Virus record (IMG/VR): IMGVR_UViG_3300032289_002472
Span: 32,001-96,000 of that record
Origin: a virus
Strand: one strand, 5' to 3'
Length of the DNA stretch: 64,000 bases
The notes beneath the pieces were generated by a model. The model saw only the letters and a program-made list of their open reading frames with translations. It was not told where the DNA came from and made no database searches. The position numbers and the translations under genes were made by a program. This document shows positions 10,509-19,871 of this stretch, piece by piece (the stretch's first letter is position 1; every line of letters begins with the position of its first letter).

Positions 10509-11007
10509 TTCTGCTTTCTAGTTGTTTTATTAACTGATTGATTAGCTCGTCCTGAGCCATTCTTTCTCTGCGCAATTTGGTGACTACCTCTCGTGCCCTA
10601 TATAAAGCCTTTTCTGTTTCAGTAATCTCTGGCTTGTCGGATAAAGCTTTTTCTAGTTCGACAAGATTATTATTTTCAATATCTTCGAGCGATTGATTAA
10701 ATGATTCTGGAATATTTTCAAACACATCCCCAATTACTTCTATATCCCATGTAGTCGTCGAAACAGTATCACCACAAGAATCACAGGGCTCTCTATCGTA
10801 TTCATAATCTGTATACTCAAAGATATTAACAATAGACATAAGATCTATTTGTTTGGTTCTATATTGTTCTTTTATCTTTAGCAAAAGATAGTCTAGGATT
10901 TCATCTTGTTCTTCTTGAGAAATCTCATTTAGATCTTTGTCGTTTACTGTGACCCCTCCAGCAATACACCCTTGGGTTTCAACTATCCTGAATTTTAGTT
11001 TTCTCAT
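10489..11007 (-). CDS. Hypothetical protein with YopX-like termini and a CxxC insert
   Basis: Same MRKLKFR start and IEVIGDVFEN motif as its neighbour; CDSC in the middle. Confidence 0.6.
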   Translation of the reverse strand: MRKLKFRIVETQGCIAGGVTVNDKDLNEISQEEQDEILDYLLLKIKEQYRTKQIDLMSIVNIFEYTDYEYDREPCDSCGDTVSTTTWDIEVIGDVFENIPESFNQSLEDIENNNLVELEKALSDKPEITETEKALYRAREVVTKLRRERMAQDELINQLIKQLESRNEKTKI

Positions 11008-11224
11008 TTGTATTTATTGGTGTTTGTTGAAGAATTCTAGGAACTTGCTTATGGGAAATACATTGTTAATGGACATACCCTGTTCAGTAATCCAGACAAC
11101 GCGAATCCACTCTGCAGAAAAATAAACGTCAATCAACTGCAAATTAAAACAAAACTGTGATTCAAATTCTTCTATGTTGTCTTGTATGCAGTCTTCCCAA
11201 GCTTTAAGCCCAGTTATCGTAGGA

Positions 11225-11509
11225 TTATTGCTTGAGCGATTCCAACGTTTCTTTGGCATACTTGATAACCAACTTGATAAATTCTGCGCTTGGCTCATCG
11301 TTTTCTCCATTGATCCAAGCTTCACAGTCTTCCACAATTAGTTCAAGGGCTCTACGCATCTTTCCATTTTTTTTATTTAACTCATCAAGCCTTTGAGCTC
11401 CCTCTAGGATAGCAGTATTTGCTATTCCATCTTCAGATTCAATTTCATTAGAAAGAATCTTCAACGCATGAATTAATATTTCTGTTTTAGTTCTAATTGC
11501 TGTTTCCAT
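11225..11509 (-). CDS. Hypothetical protein
   Basis: ORF in the operon direction. Confidence 0.55.
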   Translation of the reverse strand: METAIRTKTEILIHALKILSNEIESEDGIANTAILEGAQRLDELNKKNGKMRRALELIVEDCEAWINGENDEPSAEFIKLVIKYAKETLESLKQ

Positions 11510-11822
11510 TAATATCTTTTTTAACTTCGTCTAATTGTTGTCGAACCATATAAGATTCTTGAAGATAAGACTGTGCTACTTCTAAGAGGTCTCTAAGTTC
11601 AGTACGCAGGTTATTGGCATAAACTGTGGCCCTATTAACGTCTTCTCTAGTTTTATCTATTCCAACTCGCAGCTCGCTAATATGAAATATTGCGGTATCC
11701 AAGAGCGACATCAAACTATCTTCATCGCTCGGCAACTCTTTTGATTTTACCTTTATTACAGCTTCAAGTAACTCAGGTACACTCATATAATCTTTTTTTG
11801 TTATTTCTTGTTCTGTGCTCAT
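11493..11822 (-). CDS. Coiled-coil hypothetical protein
   Basis: ORF in the operon direction. Confidence 0.55.
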   Translation of the reverse strand: MSTEQEITKKDYMSVPELLEAVIKVKSKELPSDEDSLMSLLDTAIFHISELRVGIDKTREDVNRATVYANNLRTELRDLLEVAQSYLQESYMVRQQLDEVKKDINGNSN

Positions 11823-12261
11823 AATTTTTATGATTTTCTAAGAGGACATATAGTCACGAACTATCTTTAAAGCCTTTAAATACTTAGAGTGGCTCTCAAG
11901 ATCTTCTTTCTGAAACCATTGAAGTTTCTTTTTTCTTTTCAACTCTTGAATGTCTTTTGAGATGCCCTTAATTTCTGTCTTTAAGTGCTCAAAAACAATT
12001 TTGTCGACCATCTCATAATCGTTTATTTCAATTTTCATTTTTTCTTTTTAGATGTTTCTTTTTGAAGCCTGTCGTGAAGTTTAAAGGTTTTCTTATTTAT
12101 TACTTGAAATGTCTTGTACAATTCTTTGTCAATAAAACAAGAATAGTTGTCTCCAAGATCTTGAGAGATATTAATGTCACCGACTAATTCGAGAGCAATA
12201 TCTCTAAGCTCGTCAAAAGCATCATCCAATTTTTGATTTGTTGTCTTTTTCATAATGTTTA

Positions 12262-12776
12262 ATTAACGCTCTTCCTTAATGGGTTTCTGGAGGAAAATGG
12301 CTCACTTTCTTGGGCTGGTTGTCTTTGTTGACCTGGTTCACTACACAAACATGGGTTACTTGGATTTTTTGATTAGCTGAATTCCTCTGGATTTCTACTG
12401 CCACAATGGCTCACTTGATAGATGTGGTTTGATGATGTTCAATGGTTCACTGGCTCTGTGTGGTTGTCTAGCTTTCGATGGTTAACTGGCGATCTTTGGG
12501 TATCTTGACTTACCGTGGTTCACTCTCATGCAGCGGGTGTCTAACGAATTCTGGTTAACTAATGTTCATCGGGTGTCTATCATCCACAGGTTCACTTATT
12601 CATAATGGGTTTCTAAAAACCAATGGTTCACTGGACCGGTCTGGGTTTCTCATTTGAGATGGTTCACTGATCTTCAGTGGGTGTCTACTTCATTTTGGTT
12701 CGCTGTCGTAATCTGGGTGTCTGCGATGCTGTGGCTCACTATGTCGTGTTGGGTGTCTTATGATACAAGGTAAATT
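12262..12776 (-). repeat. TIGR-like dual-repeat array 1 (14 units of about 36 nt)
   Basis: Plus strand alternates TGGTTCACT-like and TGGGT(G/T)TCT-like 9-mers separated by unique 9-nt spacers (two are 10 nt). First to last loop repeat is 12280 to 12750 = 13x36+2 nt. Minus strand reads AGTGAACCA-N9-AGA(C/A)ACCCA-N9. An in-phase stop and the 10-nt spacers argue against coding. Confidence 0.85.
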
Positions 12777-12779
12777 AAA

Positions 12780-13007
12780 TTAATGAGAGCAGCTACGAAT
12801 TGGACCATTACAACTTTCGCACCAATTAATAATGTCCGATACTCTTTGTTGCTCTGCTTGACTAAGGGGTCTCCCTGAGTCCATTTTTTCCATGGCACTC
12901 TCAAACACCCCATCTGTCTTTTTGTTGTTGCCCCCACTTGCCATAATAGCAATGAAAGCCAAAAACATTCCTGCGAACAGGAAGTATTTAATGTTTTCTT
13001 CGTTCAT
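12780..13007 (-). CDS. Small membrane protein with C-terminal CxxC..C.H, lying between arrays
   Basis: Hydrophobic YFLFAGMFLAFIAIMA; WCESCNGPIRSCSH. Confidence 0.55.
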   Translation of the reverse strand: MNEENIKYFLFAGMFLAFIAIMASGGNNKKTDGVFESAMEKMDSGRPLSQAEQQRVSDIINWCESCNGPIRSCSH

Positions 13008-13148
13008 GTGTTTATTGTATGTCGTGCAATTCTCTTAAAATATCCTCTATGTATTCTTCCCACTCCTCTTTTGTGATAAGCACTTCATGGCCTTCACACA
13101 AGATGTCGTGGATCTCTTTGAGGAGATCGTCAGAGATGTTTAGCTTCA

Positions 13149-13499
13149 TTAAAGCTTGGTAACGTAACTAAGACGGTAAAAAGCCATAGACTCTTTAGCG
13201 TCCACATCAACGAACTTTCCAGAAGAGTTGTCTTTTGAGATAGTTGTCCATTCTCCTGACTCAAGCGACAAGCACTTTTGGATATTTACAGGGTGACTGT
13301 ATCCAGTCCAAGTAATAGTGGTATACCCATCCTTGTGACTAATAAAAGTCTTGGGTGGAGTTACACTAAGGCTCTGAACCGATACAGGCCAATAAATATC
13401 CTGTCTGGGTTGAATCCTTGTTGAGTAGTGGTTGACCAGCAAAAAGCTGGCAATTAATAGCGTAATAAATGCTAAGTATTTTCTAATTTCTAGTTCCAT
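13149..13499 (-). CDS. Membrane-anchored or secreted protein with a Verrucomicrobia-type C-terminal beta domain
   Basis: N-terminal hydrophobic helix; TITW...IQKCLSLESGEWTTI...FVD.....AFYRL pattern. Confidence 0.55.
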   Translation of the reverse strand: MELEIRKYLAFITLLIASFLLVNHYSTRIQPRQDIYWPVSVQSLSVTPPKTFISHKDGYTTITWTGYSHPVNIQKCLSLESGEWTTISKDNSSGKFVDVDAKESMAFYRLSYVTKL

Positions 13500-13610
13500 G
13501 GTGTTATTTTTTTAGTATTGGTAGTTCAGCCATAAAAGGCCCAACACTGAATAGATAATGATGGCTACTATGGCTACATAATATTTGTTAATTTTTGTTT
13601 TCATAATTAA

Positions 13611-13691
13611 TGGGACACTTCACAATCTTGGGTTACTTGCGACTGGTGGTTCGCTGAAGCGGACTGGTTTTCTAGCCTGTGGTGGCTTTTG
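13611..13691 (-). repeat. TIGR-like dual-repeat array 2 (2 units)
   Basis: tgggacact-N9-tgggttact-N9-tggttcgct-N9-tggttttct-N9-tggc on the + strand. Confidence 0.7.
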
Positions 13692-13764
13692 TCGTTATAA
13701 ATGCGACGTCAAATTTATAACAAGTTCTAAGTATTTCTAGCTACTTTAAGTTAGAAATTAATAT

Positions 13765-13936
13765 AGAATCACTAACAATATCTGGGTATCTTTCGTTCAT
13801 CGGTTCACTTTACGGAACGTGGTTTTCTAGGACGTACTGGTTCACTCGATCTGACTGGGTTTATGGGCATCGGTGGTTCACTCTTCAACTCTGGTTTACT
13901 TGGGCTTTTTGGTTCGCTGGGCACCCGTGGTTGTCT
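13765..13936 (-). repeat. TIGR-like dual-repeat array 3 (about 5 units)
   Basis: Same alternating 9-mers (cggttcact, tggttcact, tggttcgct / tgggtatct, tggttttct, tgggtttat, tggttgtct) with unique 9-10-nt spacers. Confidence 0.8.
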
Positions 13937-14077
13937 TTTATTTTTAAGCAAGGTTTTATAAAACCTTAAAAATAAAGCAGTTATGTATTCAGACATGTCT
14001 GAAGATGCAACTGCTTTAAATTGAACTACTTACAAAAAGTAATATTAAACTTTTGTAAGTAGTTTATTTTAAAGTAT

Positions 14078-14431
14078 TTATTCAGTAGGAATATCAATTC
14101 CAAGCCTCATTGACCGAAATTTATCTAAACTTTCCTTAGCTGAATCTATCACTGGAATAGTCTCTACGCTTTCGTTTGTAGCTAAAAGCTCAATCATGCT
14201 CTTAAGGTCACTTGCTAACATATATGCAGCTTTCTTCCAGTTATCGGCTTCTGTCTCTTGCCTTTGAAGCTCCGCCAGCCGATCCATTGCTGTCATGTCG
14301 ACAATTGGTTCGTTATCTTTTTTTAGTATTTCCGAAACAAGTACCGACAAGTTTTCGGTAGTTTGTTCCAACTTTGATTCAAGCTCCTTAACTTCTTCGT
14401 TAAGTTGCTCTACTTCGTTTTCTTTTTTCAT
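14078..14431 (-). CDS. Coiled-coil hypothetical protein
   Basis: ORF with an AT-rich leader. Confidence 0.6.
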   Translation of the reverse strand: MKKENEVEQLNEEVKELESKLEQTTENLSVLVSEILKKDNEPIVDMTAMDRLAELQRQETEADNWKKAAYMLASDLKSMIELLATNESVETIPVIDSAKESLDKFRSMRLGIDIPTE

Positions 14432-14459
14432 GAATTATTAATTAAAACATATTTTAATA

Positions 14460-14507
14460 CAAAAGTGAAGAGGGGATAGCTACGGCGCAAACAATAGCTA
14501 TCCCCTC
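14460..14507 (-). terminator. Probable intrinsic terminator
   Basis: gaggggatagcta / tagctatcccctc 13-bp stem followed by a T-rich tract on the minus strand. Confidence 0.6.
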
Positions 14508-14590
14508 AATGCAGGCAGTCTTTTACACTTACTTTTCATGTGTCAAACCAATAACACATTTACCCATAAGTGCCGACTGAAGTTCCCACA

Positions 14591-15346
14591 TCAAACTATT
14601 TGTTTAGGTAATCTAGCTTGATTAGCTATCAACAAATTTTTCACTTTAGTGCTACCAAAAAATGCCAACTCAGAGAGCGTCTGAGCCTGCTTTCGGTAAT
14701 TAAGGGCACTTGTCCTATTTCTAGGTTTTAGCCCAATTGTTCTAGGCTTTGACAATATAGAAACCATACTCTTGTTTAAAAGAGGTCCATTATTGTGATA
14801 AAGATCAAGGACTCTATCTATCCACAGTACTTTCTCGCTGTGGTTCTTGGGAAGTATAAGTAACATTCTAGATGCCTTTGCCCATCTAGTGCCCCCATAT
14901 TGATCTTCCCAGGAAACACTCTTGAATGAATCTGCTATCTCTTCAAAGCTCCACTCAAGGGGAAGCTTAAAGACTTGCCGTAAGAACTGAAACTGATTGC
15001 GATACTTTTCTGGAAGATCCTCATACTCTTCAAATAATCCATTCTTGTTTACTTTAAATAAAACATTAACGGCTTTTGAAAGTCTTTTGAGTTTTTTAGA
15101 ACGACCTAAAAGGCCCTTACTGTTTAAATGTCTAAACTCTCTGAGTACGGCGTATTGTAAGGCACTCAACACCATTTCATAGAGTTCATCGACAATTTTC
15201 ACACATGTCTCAGAAACTCTTCTGCCTTTGTTAGCATAGTTCAATGTGGATTCTCCGCAGAATACGTCTAGGGCGGTAATAACATAAAAATCAAAAAAAG
15301 TTTTTAATACATTAATGTTATGATTGGTCATCTTTCTTAATTTCAT
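14591..15346 (-). CDS. Conserved phage hypothetical protein
   Basis: YGGTRW...WIDRVLDLYHNNG motif. Confidence 0.65.
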   Translation of the reverse strand: MKLRKMTNHNINVLKTFFDFYVITALDVFCGESTLNYANKGRRVSETCVKIVDELYEMVLSALQYAVLREFRHLNSKGLLGRSKKLKRLSKAVNVLFKVNKNGLFEEYEDLPEKYRNQFQFLRQVFKLPLEWSFEEIADSFKSVSWEDQYGGTRWAKASRMLLILPKNHSEKVLWIDRVLDLYHNNGPLLNKSMVSILSKPRTIGLKPRNRTSALNYRKQAQTLSELAFFGSTKVKNLLIANQARLPKQIV

Positions 15347-15549
15347 CTCCGTGATCTATATCTCGATAGGTCAGCCCCTCTATCTCTGCAAGTTTTCGAT
15401 AGCAGGAAAATAGTTCAGCTTGCTGTTCCCTAAGGCGGTTAGCTGCCGTTACCAAAAGAAATATTCCCTTAGGTTCTAGAACGTTCTCAAGCACTTTAGC
15501 AATGGTCTCAAGAGCTTCTGACAGTTCACCTACCTTAACGGAACTAAGA

Positions 15550-16089
15550 TCATTCATTGCAAGAATCTTCCGAAACCGTCACTTTTTTCCTATTGTTGAA
15601 ATAACTAGAACCATAGTGAACAAAGATTTCTTGATCAGCTTTAATTGATTTTCTAGCCACTACATCTCCAATAAGGTTTGCATAATTAAACTTCCATTCA
15701 GTATTGGGGTCGTCTTGATGGTTGTAGATCATCCCGTACCCCAAGACCATAAACATGTGGTGTCCATGAATCTTGCAGCTCATACACTGACACCCTTTGT
15801 CGCTATATAAGTATTTAGTAATTTGTGGATCTCCATGATACTTGCTGCGCCAAGTCATTTGTATCATTGGACATCTTTCAATCAACTCACCAGCTTCGAT
15901 ATCTTCAGTGGCAAAAACTCCCAACCCCATTTGTGGGCTAGACATTCTTACAACTATTTTTTTGGGCTGAGAGTATTCGTTTTTTTCGAACCTCTCGTTT
16001 GGATTAAACTCAGGAGCTTTTTCCTCAGAAGGTTCGGACTTTGAAACTAATGTTTGTGTGTCTACGTTTTCCATATTTTTTACCACCAA
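15550..16089 (-). CDS. SET-domain lysine methyltransferase-like protein
   Basis: GLGVFATEDIEAGE (motif I), YNHQDDPN, ARKSIKADQEIFVHYG; CQCMSC..H insert. Confidence 0.9.
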   Translation of the reverse strand: MVVKNMENVDTQTLVSKSEPSEEKAPEFNPNERFEKNEYSQPKKIVVRMSSPQMGLGVFATEDIEAGELIERCPMIQMTWRSKYHGDPQITKYLYSDKGCQCMSCKIHGHHMFMVLGYGMIYNHQDDPNTEWKFNYANLIGDVVARKSIKADQEIFVHYGSSYFNNRKKVTVSEDSCNE

Positions 16090-16478
16090 GAGTCATAATA
16101 GACATTGTATCCACTTTCAATAGATTCTTTTGCCTTTTTAATGAAGTCTAGGTCATGTTTTTTCTCTTCATTATCTCCAAGGCTGTTTCCAAAAAAGAAC
16201 CCAGCAGTTTTGGGCAATATATCATTTTCAATGGCTTTTTTAAGATCATTAAGGTCATCTTCAAATAGCTGAAGAGGGACGCAATTGAATGAATCTTTAC
16301 CCCCTCTCTCTATATAAAGTTCCTCCATCCAACCATGAAGGTTGGGGTGCTTTCTCCAATAACTAATTTCTTCTTTATTGGCCTCAGCAAAATTAGTCTC
16401 AGAAGCTTTTACTCTGTATGCGTATTGATCTAATCCCATAACGTTAATAATTTGGTTGATTGATGACAGAAAGGACAA
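16080..16478 (-). CDS. Conserved phage hypothetical protein (likely start MGLDQY)
   Basis: MGLDQY..., YWRKHPNLHGWM, GFFFG, YYDSWW. Confidence 0.7.
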   Translation of the reverse strand: MSFLSSINQIINVMGLDQYAYRVKASETNFAEANKEEISYWRKHPNLHGWMEELYIERGGKDSFNCVPLQLFEDDLNDLKKAIENDILPKTAGFFFGNSLGDNEEKKHDLDFIKKAKESIESGYNVYYDSWW

Positions 16479-16801
16479 AGCTCAAGGTTGGGCTCTGCTG
16501 GCTTACAGTAAAAGTAAATACCAACAGAAACCACAACCAGAGCAAATGCCCACCATATCAAGGCAGGCTTTGATTTCATCCCTTGTAGTTTGGGCCATTA
16601 ATTGTTTGCATAGCCCACTCAACCCCAGACTCCCATCCATTCAAAAAGAGTGTTTTAGGCTCTGATGAAATAAAGAAGCTGGGTGTGATAGCCAAGTACT
16701 CAAGCCAAGCATCCTTACAAGCAGCGCTAGCTCCTTTTGGGAGAGTGCTATTGCTCTTAGGTTTTGAAGCTTTTTTCTTTGAGGCTGGTTTAATTGCCGC
16801 C

Positions 16802-17092
16802 TTACATCGGTAGCTCGTGCTTGAACCTTGGAGTTTCTTCTTCGTCGCTTTCATTTGTTTCGGTAGGTGTTTCTTTCTTTTTAACATAAGACCAATTCCC
16901 AATAATAGGACCCTTCTTTCCGGCTTCACGATCTTCTTTACTTACATCTTGAACAATGAATCCATTGTTGCCGTATTGATTGGTACCTTCTCTGTTTTCA
17001 AACATTGCACCAAAGAGCCAAACTCCTTGCTCTCCATCCAATAAAAGTTTTTTGTCTACCTTACTTAAGTTTATTTTATATTTTACCATCAT
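16802..17092 (-). CDS. Small protein with acidic tail, possibly ssDNA-binding
   Basis: INLSKVDK...NQYGNNGFIVQDVSKEDREAGKKGPIIGN; acidic C-terminus. Confidence 0.5.
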   Translation of the reverse strand: MMVKYKINLSKVDKKLLLDGEQGVWLFGAMFENREGTNQYGNNGFIVQDVSKEDREAGKKGPIIGNWSYVKKKETPTETNESDEEETPRFKHELPM

Positions 17093-17124
17093 AGTTTTGT
17101 TGTTGTTTATGTGTTGTTGTTGAG

Positions 17125-17195
17125 AGCGGGATGACGGAATCGAACCGACGTCTCCTGTTTGGAAGACAGGGGTTTTACCATTAAACTAATCCCGC
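17125..17195 (-). tRNA. tRNA-Gly(TCC)
   Basis: GCGGGATTAGTTTAATGGTAAAA...CCTGT-CTTCCAA-ACAGG...GGTTCGATTCC GTCATCCCGCT. Confidence 0.92.
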
Positions 17196-17395
17196 AAGTT
17201 TTGTGGCTCGAATGCTGACTGTTACACCACGGGCCACATTAAAATCCTAAAAGTCTCTTTAACAAAAAAATCATTACCCATCCCATAAAAAAGAACCATC
17301 CCATTACCCATACAAAAAGAGTAATGTACACAGCTCTTACTATTAATAAGTCTTTCTTGTTTAGTTTTCCACTAGAATTCATTTTTTATATTAAA

Positions 17396-17473
17396 TGGTC
17401 GGGATGGCGGGATTTGAACCCACAGTCTTTCGCTCCCAAAGCGAACGCGATAACCAAGTTACGCTACATCCCG
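17396..17473 (-). tRNA. tRNA-Pro(TGG)
   Basis: CGGGATG acceptor, TTCGC-TTTGGGA-GCGAA anticodon arm, GGTTCAAATC T-loop, encoded CCA. Confidence 0.92.
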
Positions 17474-17574
17474 TTTATTTTATTATAGTGTACTTTTCTG
17501 TGGCAATTTGCACACAAAAATAAAATTAAATGACTTGGTCAATACTATTTGATCCCAAGTCATTGTTGTTTAAA

Positions 17575-18264
17575 CTATTTTAATGCATCAACATACATCT
17601 GCTTCAAAGACCTTAAAACACTAATTTCAATATTTTTCCTGAATCTGGAATCTTCGACCTTATCTTGCATATATGCTTGAATCTCGTCATCAACTACTCG
17701 GGCAGCATACCCCATCTCCATTACGTTTTTCTTGAGCTGCTTATATTGAGCGGGTAAACCTTTTTTAATTCTTTTTGTTACCCCATCAACAAGCTTCCTG
17801 TATTTTAGGTCAGTATAGTATTTGGCATGGCGAATCTCGTGATTGAATAGATCGCCCTCTGTCTTGTCAGTTCCTATAATATATCCATTCAGGCAGTTAT
17901 GATATCCGACCTCAATAGTTATATCTGCAAGAATATTAGACAATACTTCGTCGTAAGGGGTCTCATAGGTCTCAGTATTCTGTAATGGCATCCAGTGTTC
18001 ACTGTAACACTTCACAATAACTTCTACCGGAATATTGAATCCTGACCAGTCACCAGGATAACTAAATTTACTGTGATGATTTTTAGCGTACCAATCCATG
18101 TAGTCCCAAATTGAAAAACCTTTATCCCTAAATTTACGATTTGGAGATTCGTAAAATTCTTGAACACGGCAAAACGTCATACCGCGCTCATATTGATCTT
18201 TAATTACTACCGCAAATATACGGGGTTCGATAATGCTGATAGTATAATTAACCAAGTGTTTCAT
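17575..18264 (-). CDS. Conserved phage protein with HExxH motif
   Basis: FCRVQEFYESP, DWSGFNIP, NHEIRHA, DEIQAY. Confidence 0.65.
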   Translation of the reverse strand: MKHLVNYTISIIEPRIFAVVIKDQYERGMTFCRVQEFYESPNRKFRDKGFSIWDYMDWYAKNHHSKFSYPGDWSGFNIPVEVIVKCYSEHWMPLQNTETYETPYDEVLSNILADITIEVGYHNCLNGYIIGTDKTEGDLFNHEIRHAKYYTDLKYRKLVDGVTKRIKKGLPAQYKQLKKNVMEMGYAARVVDDEIQAYMQDKVEDSRFRKNIEISVLRSLKQMYVDALK

Positions 18265-19262
18265 TAGTCTTTATAGTTTCTGTTAATTATTTTAAAGCTG
18301 AGGGGACGACCATTTCCTGAGGTTTTGTAGGTTACTGGACGAACTACAATACCTTCTGCTGGCGTTCCATGAAGCGTAACAGTTGAGTCTGCCAGCTCTT
18401 GAAGAGATTCAATACCAGACTGTACACCATCAAGGGTTTTGAACCCTATCAATGGCACCATATTCATTCTGTTGTTAATACAGAAGTCGGCCATCTCATT
18501 GAAGTCGTAATACTCATAGTCTTTTTCTTTGACCTGAAATACATACAACGTTGGCTGCATCAGCTTGAGTTGATTGCCCTGAATTCCAGGACCCATTAAC
18601 TCTCCCTGAATATATCCACTCCAATCTTCTTGTATTTCGAGCTTCTTGGCAGCAATCCAAAATGCATTTGTATCACTCTCTTTTAAAGAAAGCCTTCTGC
18701 TGCAAACCTGTGTTATTTTCCCCTTTTCAATAATGATTGTACAAGAGCTACCATCTAATTTTTGAGTAATAGTGACTCCACCCTCATTAACTTTGAGGAT
18801 TTCTTCAACTATATCAAAGTTAGAGAGACCATTGTCTTCGTCAGTAGAGGAAATTAAATAGCTAGGAAAAGGTCCTAGCACCTCTCCAGACAAGCAGGCA
18901 GGGATCTCTTTTTCGTATTTCTTAATTCCTAAAGCTCCACCTACGTCTGCTCCTATGTGCCAAGACTGAACATTCTCTGGTAGAACACTCAGTGGCAACA
19001 ATAAGCCTTGAGAGTATTGGCCACGCAACTTTATTGTTTTGAGCCTAATCGATTTTTCTGGATCGTTCTTGTGCGCCAAAAACTCAGACCAATCAGCTGC
19101 TGGGAGAATGGTGTCAATAACGACAAAGACAACCTTATCCCCCACTTTAAATTCGTTTTTTTTAACTATCGACTGCCATCCCAATACTTTAGCTATCTCT
19201 AAACTATCAGCATTGTTGTGTGGCACTATTTCTTTGACTACTTCAATTGAGGCAAGTTTCAT
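18264..19262 (-). CDS. ATP-dependent RNA ligase (Rnl2/DRB0094-like with N-terminal OB domain)
   Basis: HNNADSLEIAKV.GWQ, KLRGQYSQGL; nucleotidyltransferase motifs KLDGSS, QGELMG, EGIVVR, SFKIIN. Confidence 0.9.
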   Translation of the reverse strand: MKLASIEVVKEIVPHNNADSLEIAKVLGWQSIVKKNEFKVGDKVVFVVIDTILPAADWSEFLAHKNDPEKSIRLKTIKLRGQYSQGLLLPLSVLPENVQSWHIGADVGGALGIKKYEKEIPACLSGEVLGPFPSYLISSTDEDNGLSNFDIVEEILKVNEGGVTITQKLDGSSCTIIIEKGKITQVCSRRLSLKESDTNAFWIAAKKLEIQEDWSGYIQGELMGPGIQGNQLKLMQPTLYVFQVKEKDYEYYDFNEMADFCINNRMNMVPLIGFKTLDGVQSGIESLQELADSTVTLHGTPAEGIVVRPVTYKTSGNGRPLSFKIINRNYKD

Positions 19263-19468
19263 TTCTTGTGTGTTTCCGTATTTATATTAAAGGTAGCATT
19301 CTTCCAGATTTTGATCTGTTCGCTAGTGAAGTGTTTAATGTGCCCTCCATCTTCTAATACAACCGCAAAGATGTCGTTTTCCCACATTCCACCATCTTTT
19401 ACATAAAGAACGTATCCAGGACCAATAGGAGTTACCACTGGGATTGGATTCCTGAACTCGTAGATCAT
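19259..19468 (-). CDS. Conserved phage hypothetical protein
   Basis: PIPVVTPIG.GY...END. Confidence 0.6.
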   Translation of the reverse strand: MIYEFRNPIPVVTPIGPGYVLYVKDGGMWENDIFAVVLEDGGHIKHFTSEQIKIWKNATFNINTETHKK

Positions 19469-19871
19469 TGACGAAATCTACCTAATTCAGTAAGTTTCGT
19501 CCAGCAGAAGAATCGGGCATCATAAAGCCACTGATAACCATGTTATGCTGGTGGGCATACCCATGGGCATCATTCCAATTATGAGCCCAAATTGTCACAT
19601 TCCATAGTGCATCATTAAATGTGTAATATGCATTAAATGGTTTTATCTTATCGTGTGGCCCCTCTTTAATGTCTTCGAGGTTTTCTTCGTCCTCAGTTCC
19701 ATCATATCCAAAGTGACCATATAGTCGGTTTGTGTTAATATTCATAAATGTTTGAAGATGTTAAAGATATTGTAAAAGGGATTAGATCATTCGGCAGTCG
19801 ACGAATACTAATATACAAGAATTTCACTTTTGATATTGCAAAAGACGCCAACAATACTGAAAAATAGATAC

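Noticed and set aside
12262-13936. CRISPR array interpretation
   Set aside because: Repeats and spacers are only 9 nt and alternate between two types; no cas genes are present.
13805-13996. 63-aa ORF with SEP/RKP peptide repeats
   Set aside because: It is the translation of array 3. The same repeat elsewhere has stops and frame-breaking 10-nt spacers.
14591-15346. Candidate Tas effector for the arrays
   Set aside because: It is the nearest protein of suitable size, but I see no Nop/IS110-like motifs and a probable terminator lies between it and the arrays. A structure search is still worth running.
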